Virus record (IMG/VR): IMGVR_UViG_3300037852_000415
Location: 1 to 64,000 of that record
DNA length: 64,000 bases
Strand: one strand, 5' to 3'
Origin: a virus
Below the pieces are notes generated by a model. The model searched no databases. It was given only the letters and a program-made list of their open reading frames with translations, and was not told the DNA's origin. Both the position numbers and the translations under genes were made by a program. Position 1 is the stretch's first letter; each line of letters begins with the position of its first letter. Positions 56,539 through 64,000 of the stretch are shown piece by piece.

Positions 56539-56994
56539 ATGGGACGGCCCCCGAAAACACCTGAGGAGCATGCCGCACGTAACGCGTACAGACGAGCACA
56601 CTACGCTGCGCACAAAGATGAGATAAACGCTCGGCGGCGCGCCCCTGAGGCACTTGAGCGATCGCGGGCCGCCGGCCGCGCGCGGTACGCTGCACACAGA
56701 GACGACCCCGGCTTCAAAGAAGAGAATAGGGCTAGGGCGCGTGCGTACGTGGGGGCGCACAAAGACGATCCCGAATTCATCCTAATCTGTTCTCGCTTGA
56801 TGGCTGTGGGTGGTGGACGTGGAGGGCGCGGCAACAATACCGCTCACGTAGACCACGATCATGTTACCGGTGAAGTGCGCGGGCTCTTGTGCCACGCATG
56901 CAATATAGGCATCGGAGGGTTGAGAGACAGCATCGCGCTACTGAAGAACGCCGTCGCGTACCTAGAGAGCGGGCCATCATGCGTACTGGCGTAG
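56539..56994 (+). CDS. Endonuclease VII-like protein, possibly internally deleted
   Basis: HVDHDHVTGEVRGLLCHACNIGIG; first CxxC reduced to ILIC. Confidence 0.75.
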   Translation: MGRPPKTPEEHAARNAYRRAHYAAHKDEINARRRAPEALERSRAAGRARYAAHRDDPGFKEENRARARAYVGAHKDDPEFILICSRLMAVGGGRGGRGNNTAHVDHDHVTGEVRGLLCHACNIGIGGLRDSIALLKNAVAYLESGPSCVLA

Positions 56995-58625
56995 GAAGCG
57001 ATTCGTTCAATCCTGGCGTCAACAGGATGCGCGCAGCCGGCGTGAAGGTCGACGTGCAACCTTACAGCGACGGCCCCGCGGGTGTCGGCCAGAGCCTCGA
57101 CGTCATCGCCCAGAAGATTCGCGAAGGCGCTGCTGACAGTGACCTGCAGGGATGGAGTGCCGAGAAGCTTCGCGCCGCCGGGTTCGACGGGCGCGCCAAG
57201 ACGCCGACGGTACAGCAGCTCTGCGAAGTTCTTCTGGCCGCCTATCGGCAGGAAGTAATCTATGCCAGTGATCCGGCGCGCACCGAGCAGATCCAATCGC
57301 CCGCCGCGACATTGTGCTTACGCCCGGGGCTGTGCCTTCGACGTGGTGACTGCGACGACGGAGTCGTCGCTCTCGGCGCGGCCATTCTGTCGTACGCTGT
57401 GCCCGTGCGGGTTATAAAACAGCCATACGCTCAGCAAGAGCACGTATTGCTGGGCGTCATCGACGACAGCGGCACAGTCTTGTACGTCGATACCGCTAAC
57501 AACCTGTATAAGGTAGGGCCTGGCGGTTCACCGGGGTGTCCGCCTAAGGTGCCTGGCGAAACCTATGTCGACCCCATGAATAGCGCCCCTGCCGGCCCCG
57601 CCGGCACCTCTGGCGCCCAGCTTATCACCCTCGGAGCCTCGCCCAAGATGCAATCTCAATCGCAGTCGTCTCAAGCCGTCTATAGGCACAACAGATGGTG
57701 GCGCCTCAGCGCCGGCTGCGGCGGCAACCTCGAAGTTCACGAAGGCGGCAACTGGTACAGAGTCGGCACCGGCCAGGCCCCCGCGGCGCCGAGCGACTTC
57801 GCAGCTCTGAAGGCGGCGCAGGATGCGCAGTGGAGCCAGGTGTCGGCGCAGATTCAAGCCTGCAGCTCTGGATTGACGGCATCTTCGCAGTCGGCGTTCG
57901 CCTCCGACTATGCCACGTGGCAAGCCTTTGCGGCGTCGACTACGGCGACGGCGGACGACTACACGCGCCTTCGCGCCTTCAACAGCATCCTTCAGGTGTG
58001 GCAGCTGAAGGCGCAGGTCTACTGCAACGCCGCATCGAACCCCGGCGGCGCCGTCGGCGTCGGCGCGATTCACGTGCCGGGCATCAACTGCAACATCGAC
58101 GACTTGAAGGGGCAGAAGTTGCGCCTCCTCGGGCCCTGGACGCAGCTCGGAAACGACGTCGACAACTGCCCGCTCTGCAAAGACGACCGAAGCCTCTGCG
58201 CCGCGACGAGCGCGTATCCCAACGGGGCCCCGAACGGGATGACGCTGACGCAGAAAACCGACTTCCTCCAAGACTTCCTCACGTTTCAGAACTGGTACAA
58301 CGCCGACTTCCCCATCTGCGACGCCGATGCCGAGATAAACCAGGGGCGCGATCTAGAGCAGCGCTACGACAGGTGGCGGAAGATTGTCACCCAATTCTGC
58401 ACCGGCGCGAATCTGCCGGGGGTGCAGTCGCCTGACTTGCCCCCGCTCCGCAATGACGACCCCCGAAGCCCCAACTACGTACCCCCGGCCGGCCCCGGCG
58501 ACATCGCAGCAAGCATCGCGAAGAGTGTCGCCGTCGTCGGCGTCGCAGCCGCCGCGATCTACGGTATGTACATCATCGCCCCGGCGGCGCGGAACCTCTT
58601 CGATAGAGTCACCAAGAAGAAGTAG
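56979..58625 (+). CDS. Transglutaminase-like (Cys-His-Asp) enzyme with C-terminal membrane anchor, candidate maturation protease
   Basis: Y..DP...EQIQSP...GDCDD...EHV...YVD; C-terminal TM plus KKK; likely start MRTGVGS. Confidence 0.8.
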   Translation: MRTGVGSDSFNPGVNRMRAAGVKVDVQPYSDGPAGVGQSLDVIAQKIREGAADSDLQGWSAEKLRAAGFDGRAKTPTVQQLCEVLLAAYRQEVIYASDPARTEQIQSPAATLCLRPGLCLRRGDCDDGVVALGAAILSYAVPVRVIKQPYAQQEHVLLGVIDDSGTVLYVDTANNLYKVGPGGSPGCPPKVPGETYVDPMNSAPAGPAGTSGAQLITLGASPKMQSQSQSSQAVYRHNRWWRLSAGCGGNLEVHEGGNWYRVGTGQAPAAPSDFAALKAAQDAQWSQVSAQIQACSSGLTASSQSAFASDYATWQAFAASTTATADDYTRLRAFNSILQVWQLKAQVYCNAASNPGGAVGVGAIHVPGINCNIDDLKGQKLRLLGPWTQLGNDVDNCPLCKDDRSLCAATSAYPNGAPNGMTLTQKTDFLQDFLTFQNWYNADFPICDADAEINQGRDLEQRYDRWRKIVTQFCTGANLPGVQSPDLPPLRNDDPRSPNYVPPAGPGDIAASIAKSVAVVGVAAAAIYGMYIIAPAARNLFDRVTKKK

Positions 58626-58632
58626 GTGCCTC

Positions 58633-59097
58633 TTGAAGCGCCTCATTGCAAAGGGCACCGAGGTGCTCTTCGAGATGCACGACGGGCGCGACATCGAGCC
58701 GCGAAGTAGGTACGCTTTGCTGCACGACCCCGACGGCGTCGTCTGGGCCAAGTGCTCACTTTTGGTGATGCCTTTCGACAGAGGGGGCGCGCCGCTTTCG
58801 GATGACGACGCTGACAGCCGCGACTACTTCGGCGCCGCCTACGTGCGAAAAGTCGGCAGCGTCGACACGCCGCCTAGCGACTTGACGGAGTGGCAAGAGG
58901 TAGGGGCCGTGCGGCGCATCTATTACTACCGCGATGGTGTGAAGTACCCGGGTGACTTCAAGCACACTTTCGGCAAGCGCAGTATCGCCTCACTCTTCAG
59001 AAGCGGCGAGGCGGTACTCCACAAGCGCGGCAGCCTCTATCGCCTCGAGCTCCCCGACTGGTGCTCCGTCGACGACCGCGGTATCGTCGCTCCTTAG
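58633..59097 (+). CDS. Hypothetical protein in capsid module
   Basis: TTG start after AGGTG; good codon usage. Confidence 0.55.
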   Translation: MKRLIAKGTEVLFEMHDGRDIEPRSRYALLHDPDGVVWAKCSLLVMPFDRGGAPLSDDDADSRDYFGAAYVRKVGSVDTPPSDLTEWQEVGAVRRIYYYRDGVKYPGDFKHTFGKRSIASLFRSGEAVLHKRGSLYRLELPDWCSVDDRGIVAP

Positions 59098-59152
59098 AGA
59101 AGTGCGCGTGGCACTTCGCGCGTAACGCGCTACGCTCTCTCTGCGTAAGCCG

Positions 59153-60820
59153 ATGTCTGACTACATCGACATCATGCAGCAGGAGACCGGAGACGACATG
59201 GCAGCCAGCCGACGCCGAAGCCGCCGCGCCAAAAGCGGCAAAAAGTCGAAGAATCGCGCGGCATTCGAGCGCGCCAGGCGCATCGCGAAGAAGCGCCCCG
59301 CTCCGAAGCGGCGCAGCGCACGCAGAGGCGCAAAAGAAGCTTCACGCGCGAAAAGTCGTACCCGCCGCTTGACAAAAGCGCGTAGGGCAGTGCACACTTC
59401 CCGAAGTGCAGGGGAGTCTCGGGGAAAACGAAGGAACCGACGTCGCAAACAGCGAGTTTCCAGGGAGACCCCGTCAATGGCCCGTAAACGAAAGCGCAGC
59501 TGCAAGTACGGTAAGCTCAAGGTGAAGCGCGGGCGGCGCCGGTGTAAGAAGCCGGCGGCGGTGCACGCTCGCCGGAAGAGCGCGAAGCGCGTGGCGGCTG
59601 GCCGGAAGGCCGCCCGCACCCGCAAGCGCCGCGCCGGTCGGGGGAGCCCCTCCCACGGTATGCACTCTGCGTGGGAAGCTCCGAAGCGCAAGCGTAGCAA
59701 GAAGCGCGGCAAGAAGCGCAGCCGCGCTAGCTACAAGCGCAAGCGTCCGGGCCATCGCAAGCACAGCGTGAGGGGCTACTACCGCAAGAAGAGCCGCGGT
59801 AGCCGCAAGCGCGTCTACGTCAGGGGCCATCGGAGCCATGAGGCCCCGAAGCGTCGTCGACGCCGCCGGCATCACGCCGCCGCAAAGCGCCACTCGCGTC
59901 GCCACTACCACCGTCGCTCTCGGGCGATGGAGAACCCCATCTCCGTGATGGACGGCGTGGTCGGCGGCGTTTGCGGCCTCATCGGCTACGGCGCGGCTGA
60001 AGTCGTGGACCGCCTCCTCGCCACCCACGCCCTCACCGACACGAACACCAAGGACGCGAACGGGGTGGAACTCTACACCGACCCCGCCGACTCGAGCGGT
60101 CACTGGAATGCCACCTACGTGCTCGGGCCCATGAGCCTCGGCAGGTGGGCGGCAGGCCTCGGCATCGCAATCGTCCCGCTCTTGGCTGGCGGGATGATCA
60201 AGAAGCCTGCGCTGCGCTCCTGCGTGCAGTTCTTCGGCTTCGGCGCGTTGATTCGCACCGGCGGAAAGGGCCTCACGGATCTGCTCGCCTACGTCTCGCG
60301 CAAAACCGCGGTCGGCCAGCGCCTCTTCATCCCCGAAGACAGCGCCCAGTCCGCGCTCAGCGCCGGCAAGTACGACACGACGCTCCCGGGCATCGCGCCC
60401 GGACCTACCGGCCTCGCGGGGCTTCCCCCCGCCGGCTGCGGGTGCGTCAACTGCAAGACGGGCGTCGGCGCTTGCTGCGGCAAGACGACCATCGCTCAGC
60501 TTCAGCAGGGCACCATCCAGCGCGCCACGGGGCAGCCCCAGACGGGCTCTGTCGCCAACCCCACCGTCAACACCGGCGAGACGGTAGGCACTCCGGCTCA
60601 GCAGCCTCCGGGCGGCGCGAACCAGGGCGGCACCCCTGTCGGCGTCGCCAATCCGCCCTCGCCGTCGCCAGTCGGCGTCGTCTTCGGTGGCGGTGGCATC
60701 GTGCCCTCTACTTCACCTGGACCCCTCCGCGGGGCCCCGCTTGGCTCGGGTGCAGGCCGCTCCCCGGCAATGCCCGTCCTTTACAACCCCAACATTCGGC
60801 GCATGGCCGAAGGAAACTAG
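59153..60820 (+). CDS. Protamine-like Arg/Lys-rich protein fused to a membrane domain, candidate DNA-condensing core protein
   Basis: About 240 aa dominated by R/K/S/H, then hydrophobic helices and a Cys cluster; directly upstream of the capsid candidate. Confidence 0.75.
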   Translation: MSDYIDIMQQETGDDMAASRRRSRRAKSGKKSKNRAAFERARRIAKKRPAPKRRSARRGAKEASRAKSRTRRLTKARRAVHTSRSAGESRGKRRNRRRKQRVSRETPSMARKRKRSCKYGKLKVKRGRRRCKKPAAVHARRKSAKRVAAGRKAARTRKRRAGRGSPSHGMHSAWEAPKRKRSKKRGKKRSRASYKRKRPGHRKHSVRGYYRKKSRGSRKRVYVRGHRSHEAPKRRRRRRHHAAAKRHSRRHYHRRSRAMENPISVMDGVVGGVCGLIGYGAAEVVDRLLATHALTDTNTKDANGVELYTDPADSSGHWNATYVLGPMSLGRWAAGLGIAIVPLLAGGMIKKPALRSCVQFFGFGALIRTGGKGLTDLLAYVSRKTAVGQRLFIPEDSAQSALSAGKYDTTLPGIAPGPTGLAGLPPAGCGCVNCKTGVGACCGKTTIAQLQQGTIQRATGQPQTGSVANPTVNTGETVGTPAQQPPGGANQGGTPVGVANPPSPSPVGVVFGGGGIVPSTSPGPLRGAPLGSGAGRSPAMPVLYNPNIRRMAEGN

Positions 60821-60873
60821 CTCAAGGGGTGGTGCCCGCAGGGACACCCTGAGAATCTAGGAAGGCAAACATC

Positions 60874-62157
60874 ATGGCTGGTCGTCTCGCAAAACCCACT
60901 CAGAAGAACCCGCGGCTGACGCTCGGCGTCGGCCAGGGCACGCCCAACTCGGACATCGTCAACCTCTTCAAGAGCGCGACGAGCTGCCCCATCTACGCTT
61001 TGCCGACGGTGGCGAAGCGCCAGTGGGAGTTCGAGGGCCCGGTGTCGCAGGCCAACGTTCAGCGAAGCCTCGGCAACCAGATCGACATCCTCGGCGGCAG
61101 CAACGCCACGGCGCCCGACAACGTCTACCAGACCGACGGGCTCATCAACGGTGAATTCCAGACGTACGTCCTCGCGTGCGCCGTCGGAATGCACCTCGAG
61201 CCGGAACCCATGTGCTGGACGGCGCAGGGCAACGCGATTCTCGTGCCGGGCTCGTCCATCCCGATGCCGAACAGCCCCGACGACTACACCGTGCTCGACC
61301 AGAGCAACTTGGTGTACGGCGGTGCGACGCAGTCTGTGCCTCAGGTGCAGACGAGCATGCGGCGTGCGGTGCTCGAGTGGGGCTGGTGGGCGAACTACGC
61401 CTTCTGGCACCTCGTCCGCGGGTACAACCTCCGTTGGACCTACGGCTCCCTCATCAACATCATGGACGAGCAGCTGCGCGACACCGCGTACACGCCGCCC
61501 AACGCTCAGGAAGGCTCTGCCTCTTCGAGCCAGGTTGCTATCTGCGACTTCGTGCAGCGCACGAACCAGCGGTACATCTCGACGCTCGCCGCGACGCGCA
61601 TGTTCCTCTGGCAGAACCTCGTTCGCGTCGGCACCCTCGGCGCGACGACCACGTCGACCGAGACGCAGGGCAAGTTCCGGCCCTTCGACGACGTCCTCGT
61701 GGACGCCACCTACGGAGGCATGGATCTGCGAAGCATGCTGCGTAACAACAGCGAGTTCCGCACCCTCGAGCAGCCGTACATCCTGAAGCCGGGCGTTCCG
61801 CCGGGCCTCATCCTCGAAGCGAACGGCGACAACGCCGAGCAGGCGCTCTTCCAGGCGCAGTTCGACGCGTCGGGCGGCTTCACGGGCGCGACCCCGCCTT
61901 ACTCGTTGACCCCCTTCGGCACGCTCATCGCGAACGGCGCCGGCCAGGTGTTCGACGAGCTCTCGGCGGACAACGTCGATGTTCTCCAGCAGGTCAACAC
62001 CGAGCACTACGTGTTCAAGGGCGGAACGGCGCTCATGAGCATGGAGATCAAGGGCTACGAGATCACCGAGCCCCTCGCGGACCAGATCAAGAGCGACCCC
62101 ACGCTCCAGGCTCAGATCTGCTCCGAGTGCGGCTGCGCGGTCGGCTGGGCCTCGTAA
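60874..62157 (+). CDS. Candidate major capsid protein (single jelly roll with insertions)
   Basis: Extreme C/G-ending codon bias; YVLACAVGMHL, QPYILKPGVPPGLIL and terminal MSMEIKGYE strands. Confidence 0.55.
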   Translation: MAGRLAKPTQKNPRLTLGVGQGTPNSDIVNLFKSATSCPIYALPTVAKRQWEFEGPVSQANVQRSLGNQIDILGGSNATAPDNVYQTDGLINGEFQTYVLACAVGMHLEPEPMCWTAQGNAILVPGSSIPMPNSPDDYTVLDQSNLVYGGATQSVPQVQTSMRRAVLEWGWWANYAFWHLVRGYNLRWTYGSLINIMDEQLRDTAYTPPNAQEGSASSSQVAICDFVQRTNQRYISTLAATRMFLWQNLVRVGTLGATTTSTETQGKFRPFDDVLVDATYGGMDLRSMLRNNSEFRTLEQPYILKPGVPPGLILEANGDNAEQALFQAQFDASGGFTGATPPYSLTPFGTLIANGAGQVFDELSADNVDVLQQVNTEHYVFKGGTALMSMEIKGYEITEPLADQIKSDPTLQAQICSECGCAVGWAS

Positions 62158-62254
62158 TCGGCGGAAGCTGATTCACGGCAGGGCAGCGCAAGCTGCCTCG
62201 CCGTCGACAGCCTCGCTGTGAGAGCGGTGCTGTCGACGACGAAAGGCGTGAGAG

Positions 62255-62893
62255 ATGGCTGACGAGACGAAAGAGCTGAAGGAAGGCGTCGGAAGCTGCG
62301 GTAACCCCAGCCAGTGCTGCGGGCCCGCCGTCGAGGACGTCCGCCAGATGCTTGCGCTCGGCTCACCGAGACTCGCGCTAGCGAAAGCGCTCGGCGTGCC
62401 CCTCGCACCCTGGGCGTTCACCATCACTGCCACGTTCACCAGCGTCAGCCAGAACCTCGTCGCCGACCAGGGCCAAAACGTGAAGCTGGTGCAGGACATC
62501 ATCGTCGATGACATCCGCTACCAGATCGACACGCAAGTGACGCCGAGCGGCGACTTCGACAACTTCAATTACGCCTGCTTCGCACAACAGAGCAATATCG
62601 AAGCGAACCTCCGCGTCAGCGGCGCGCCCCGATACGACGTGTACTCGCAGTTCACGCCGCTCGCGATGATTCGCCGGCCCACGCAAGGGTGGGTTCTCCA
62701 GCAGACGAACGGCGTCTTGATGTCCTTCCAGAGCAACGTTCCCCTTCAGAATGTGCCCATCAAGATCTCCTTCGTCTTCGAGTGCCGGACCACGCACTGG
62801 GCGAAGCTCATCGACATGAAGCAGCGCGAAGCGGTGCAGATGCTCTGCAAGCTCGGGTACGACGTCGGGTCTTACACAGAGCTCTACTGCTAA
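62255..62893 (+). CDS. Candidate second single-jelly-roll capsid protein
   Basis: FTITATF, DIIVDDIRYQI, IEANLRV, TPLAMI, GWVLQQTNGVLMSF, IKISFVFECR strand pattern. Confidence 0.55.
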   Translation: MADETKELKEGVGSCGNPSQCCGPAVEDVRQMLALGSPRLALAKALGVPLAPWAFTITATFTSVSQNLVADQGQNVKLVQDIIVDDIRYQIDTQVTPSGDFDNFNYACFAQQSNIEANLRVSGAPRYDVYSQFTPLAMIRRPTQGWVLQQTNGVLMSFQSNVPLQNVPIKISFVFECRTTHWAKLIDMKQREAVQMLCKLGYDVGSYTELYC

Positions 62894-62907
62894 GGGAGGT
62901 GCCCTAG

Positions 62908-63801
62908 ATGGCGCCTCGCCAAAAAGAGTACCAGAGCTGGGGCATCGACCAGAGCGCTGCGTTCGTCGAGACGGACCCGTTTGGCGGGCTCTCGAGCCTC
63001 GGCGTCAAGGTACCGACACTCTCGACAGCCGCGCTGCCCTCGGCGAATCCGCCGACGCTCGGGTACAACAGTCGCTACCTCTTTCACCTCGCGAGCTTCC
63101 ACGTGCCCGAGAGTGGCGGGTGTGCGCGCATCACCGGCTACCGGCTGAACGTCCAGATCTGGGCGTTGCAGTCTGGCGAGGGCGGCAACCGGTACGTCAA
63201 GCAAACCGTCTACGACCCCGCCTTCAGCTTCCAAGACGGCAACTGGAGCTGGCACCTGCGCTTCATCCCCGATGTCGGGATGAACGGCATCAGAGTGAGC
63301 CCCCCTCTGCCCGTCAATCAGAATGACGGCACGACGGCAAACCTCGATGGCACTGCGTACCGATGGGCTGACACGCCCGCGATTCTCTATGAGAACATGC
63401 TCGTCGCCGCCGGAGATCCCTTCTACGTCGATCTGTTGGATTACACACCCCCGAATAGCGGCAGGCCTTGGGGAGAGCCCCTCGCCGGCATGGGCACATT
63501 CTACGGCGTGAGCACGCCTTGGAATACGCACGGCGCATGGAGCGCGCTCGATATCGAGTGCGATGCGCCAGGCACCTACGCCCTCTTCTGCAGCGTTAGG
63601 CAAACGAATAGCTCTACGCGAACCCCGCTGACGCCGCCTGGCACCTTCTTCGGTAACGGTCTCTCCGCCGAAGAGCAGTTCCTCTTGAACTTCCCCGGCG
63701 CCTGGATCGGCTCTGTTGGGGGGAGCCTCGTAGTCACCTCCGACGACGGCGACTGCGGCGACCAGTTCGGCAATCGTGAGAAGGAAGGGCCCTGCTCCTA
63801 A
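62908..63801 (+). CDS. Candidate minor capsid/penton-like beta protein
   Basis: Beta-rich (ARITGYRL, WSWHLRFI, YALFCSVRQT); follows the capsid candidates. Confidence 0.45.
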   Translation: MAPRQKEYQSWGIDQSAAFVETDPFGGLSSLGVKVPTLSTAALPSANPPTLGYNSRYLFHLASFHVPESGGCARITGYRLNVQIWALQSGEGGNRYVKQTVYDPAFSFQDGNWSWHLRFIPDVGMNGIRVSPPLPVNQNDGTTANLDGTAYRWADTPAILYENMLVAAGDPFYVDLLDYTPPNSGRPWGEPLAGMGTFYGVSTPWNTHGAWSALDIECDAPGTYALFCSVRQTNSSTRTPLTPPGTFFGNGLSAEEQFLLNFPGAWIGSVGGSLVVTSDDGDCGDQFGNREKEGPCS

Positions 63802-64000
63802 TGGCTACTTCGGCATCGATGATTCGACACTCTGAGGGCGTTGCCGGCGGGCAAGCGGCCCCACCTGGCAGTGGCGGCGGGCAATCCGCGCGCCCCGCGC
63901 CCGGGAGCGACGGGGACATCGCGACGCGCCCCGGTGACGCAGGCGGCGGTGGGCATTCGACCCACGGCGCTACGCAGCAAGGCGCGCCTCTAGTCGCTAA
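63801..64000 (+). CDS. Partial (3'-truncated) Gly-rich protein
   Basis: TAATG overlap; frame open to the window end. Confidence 0.55.
   Translation, partial: MATSASMIRHSEGVAGGQAAPPGSGGGQSARPAPGSDGDIATRPGDAGGGGHSTHGATQQGAPLVA

Noticed and set aside
5444-62007. Long antisense or alternate-frame ORFs (e.g. 5444-6406, 28988-29866, 55873-56760, 60817-62007)
   Set aside because: Expected shadows of GC3-rich genes, with no motifs or RBS

Overview
The window is a GC-rich, densely coding segment of a dsDNA bacterial virus. No host housekeeping genes, integrase, tRNA, rRNA or CRISPR array were seen, and genes are truncated at both ends. Replication and nucleotide genes are phage-like: Dda/RecD-type helicase, HARP-SNF2 helicase, VapE-type helicase, PD-(D/E)XK nuclease, Sak4-like ATPase, SSB-like protein, a UDG-3'-5' exo-PolA fusion, ThyX, NDT, SLOG, MazG-like and DUF5664 proteins. 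No terminase, portal, HK97 capsid or tail tube/tape-measure gene is recognisable. Instead there are (i) two or three adjacent predicted single-jelly-roll capsid proteins (60874-63801) behind a protamine-like Arg/Lys-rich membrane protein, (ii) about 15 small membrane proteins with basic tails, (iii) several alternative spikes, and (iv) a transglutaminase-like Cys-His-Asp enzyme. A recurring G-[VLFMYT]-[GA]-[QAS] motif lies near the N-termini or domain junctions of the putative virion proteins. My best inference is a large tailless, internal-membrane virus with an adenovirus-like (or cross-linking) maturation system. Other notable signals are a dnaX-style -1 frameshift site that would swap a soluble C-terminus for a membrane anchor (16246), a 17-copy acidic repeat protein ending in a dead M23 domain, many leaderless promoters, and two structured non-coding elements with anti-Shine-Dalgarno loops. 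All protein calls come from motif reading by eye; no searches were run.
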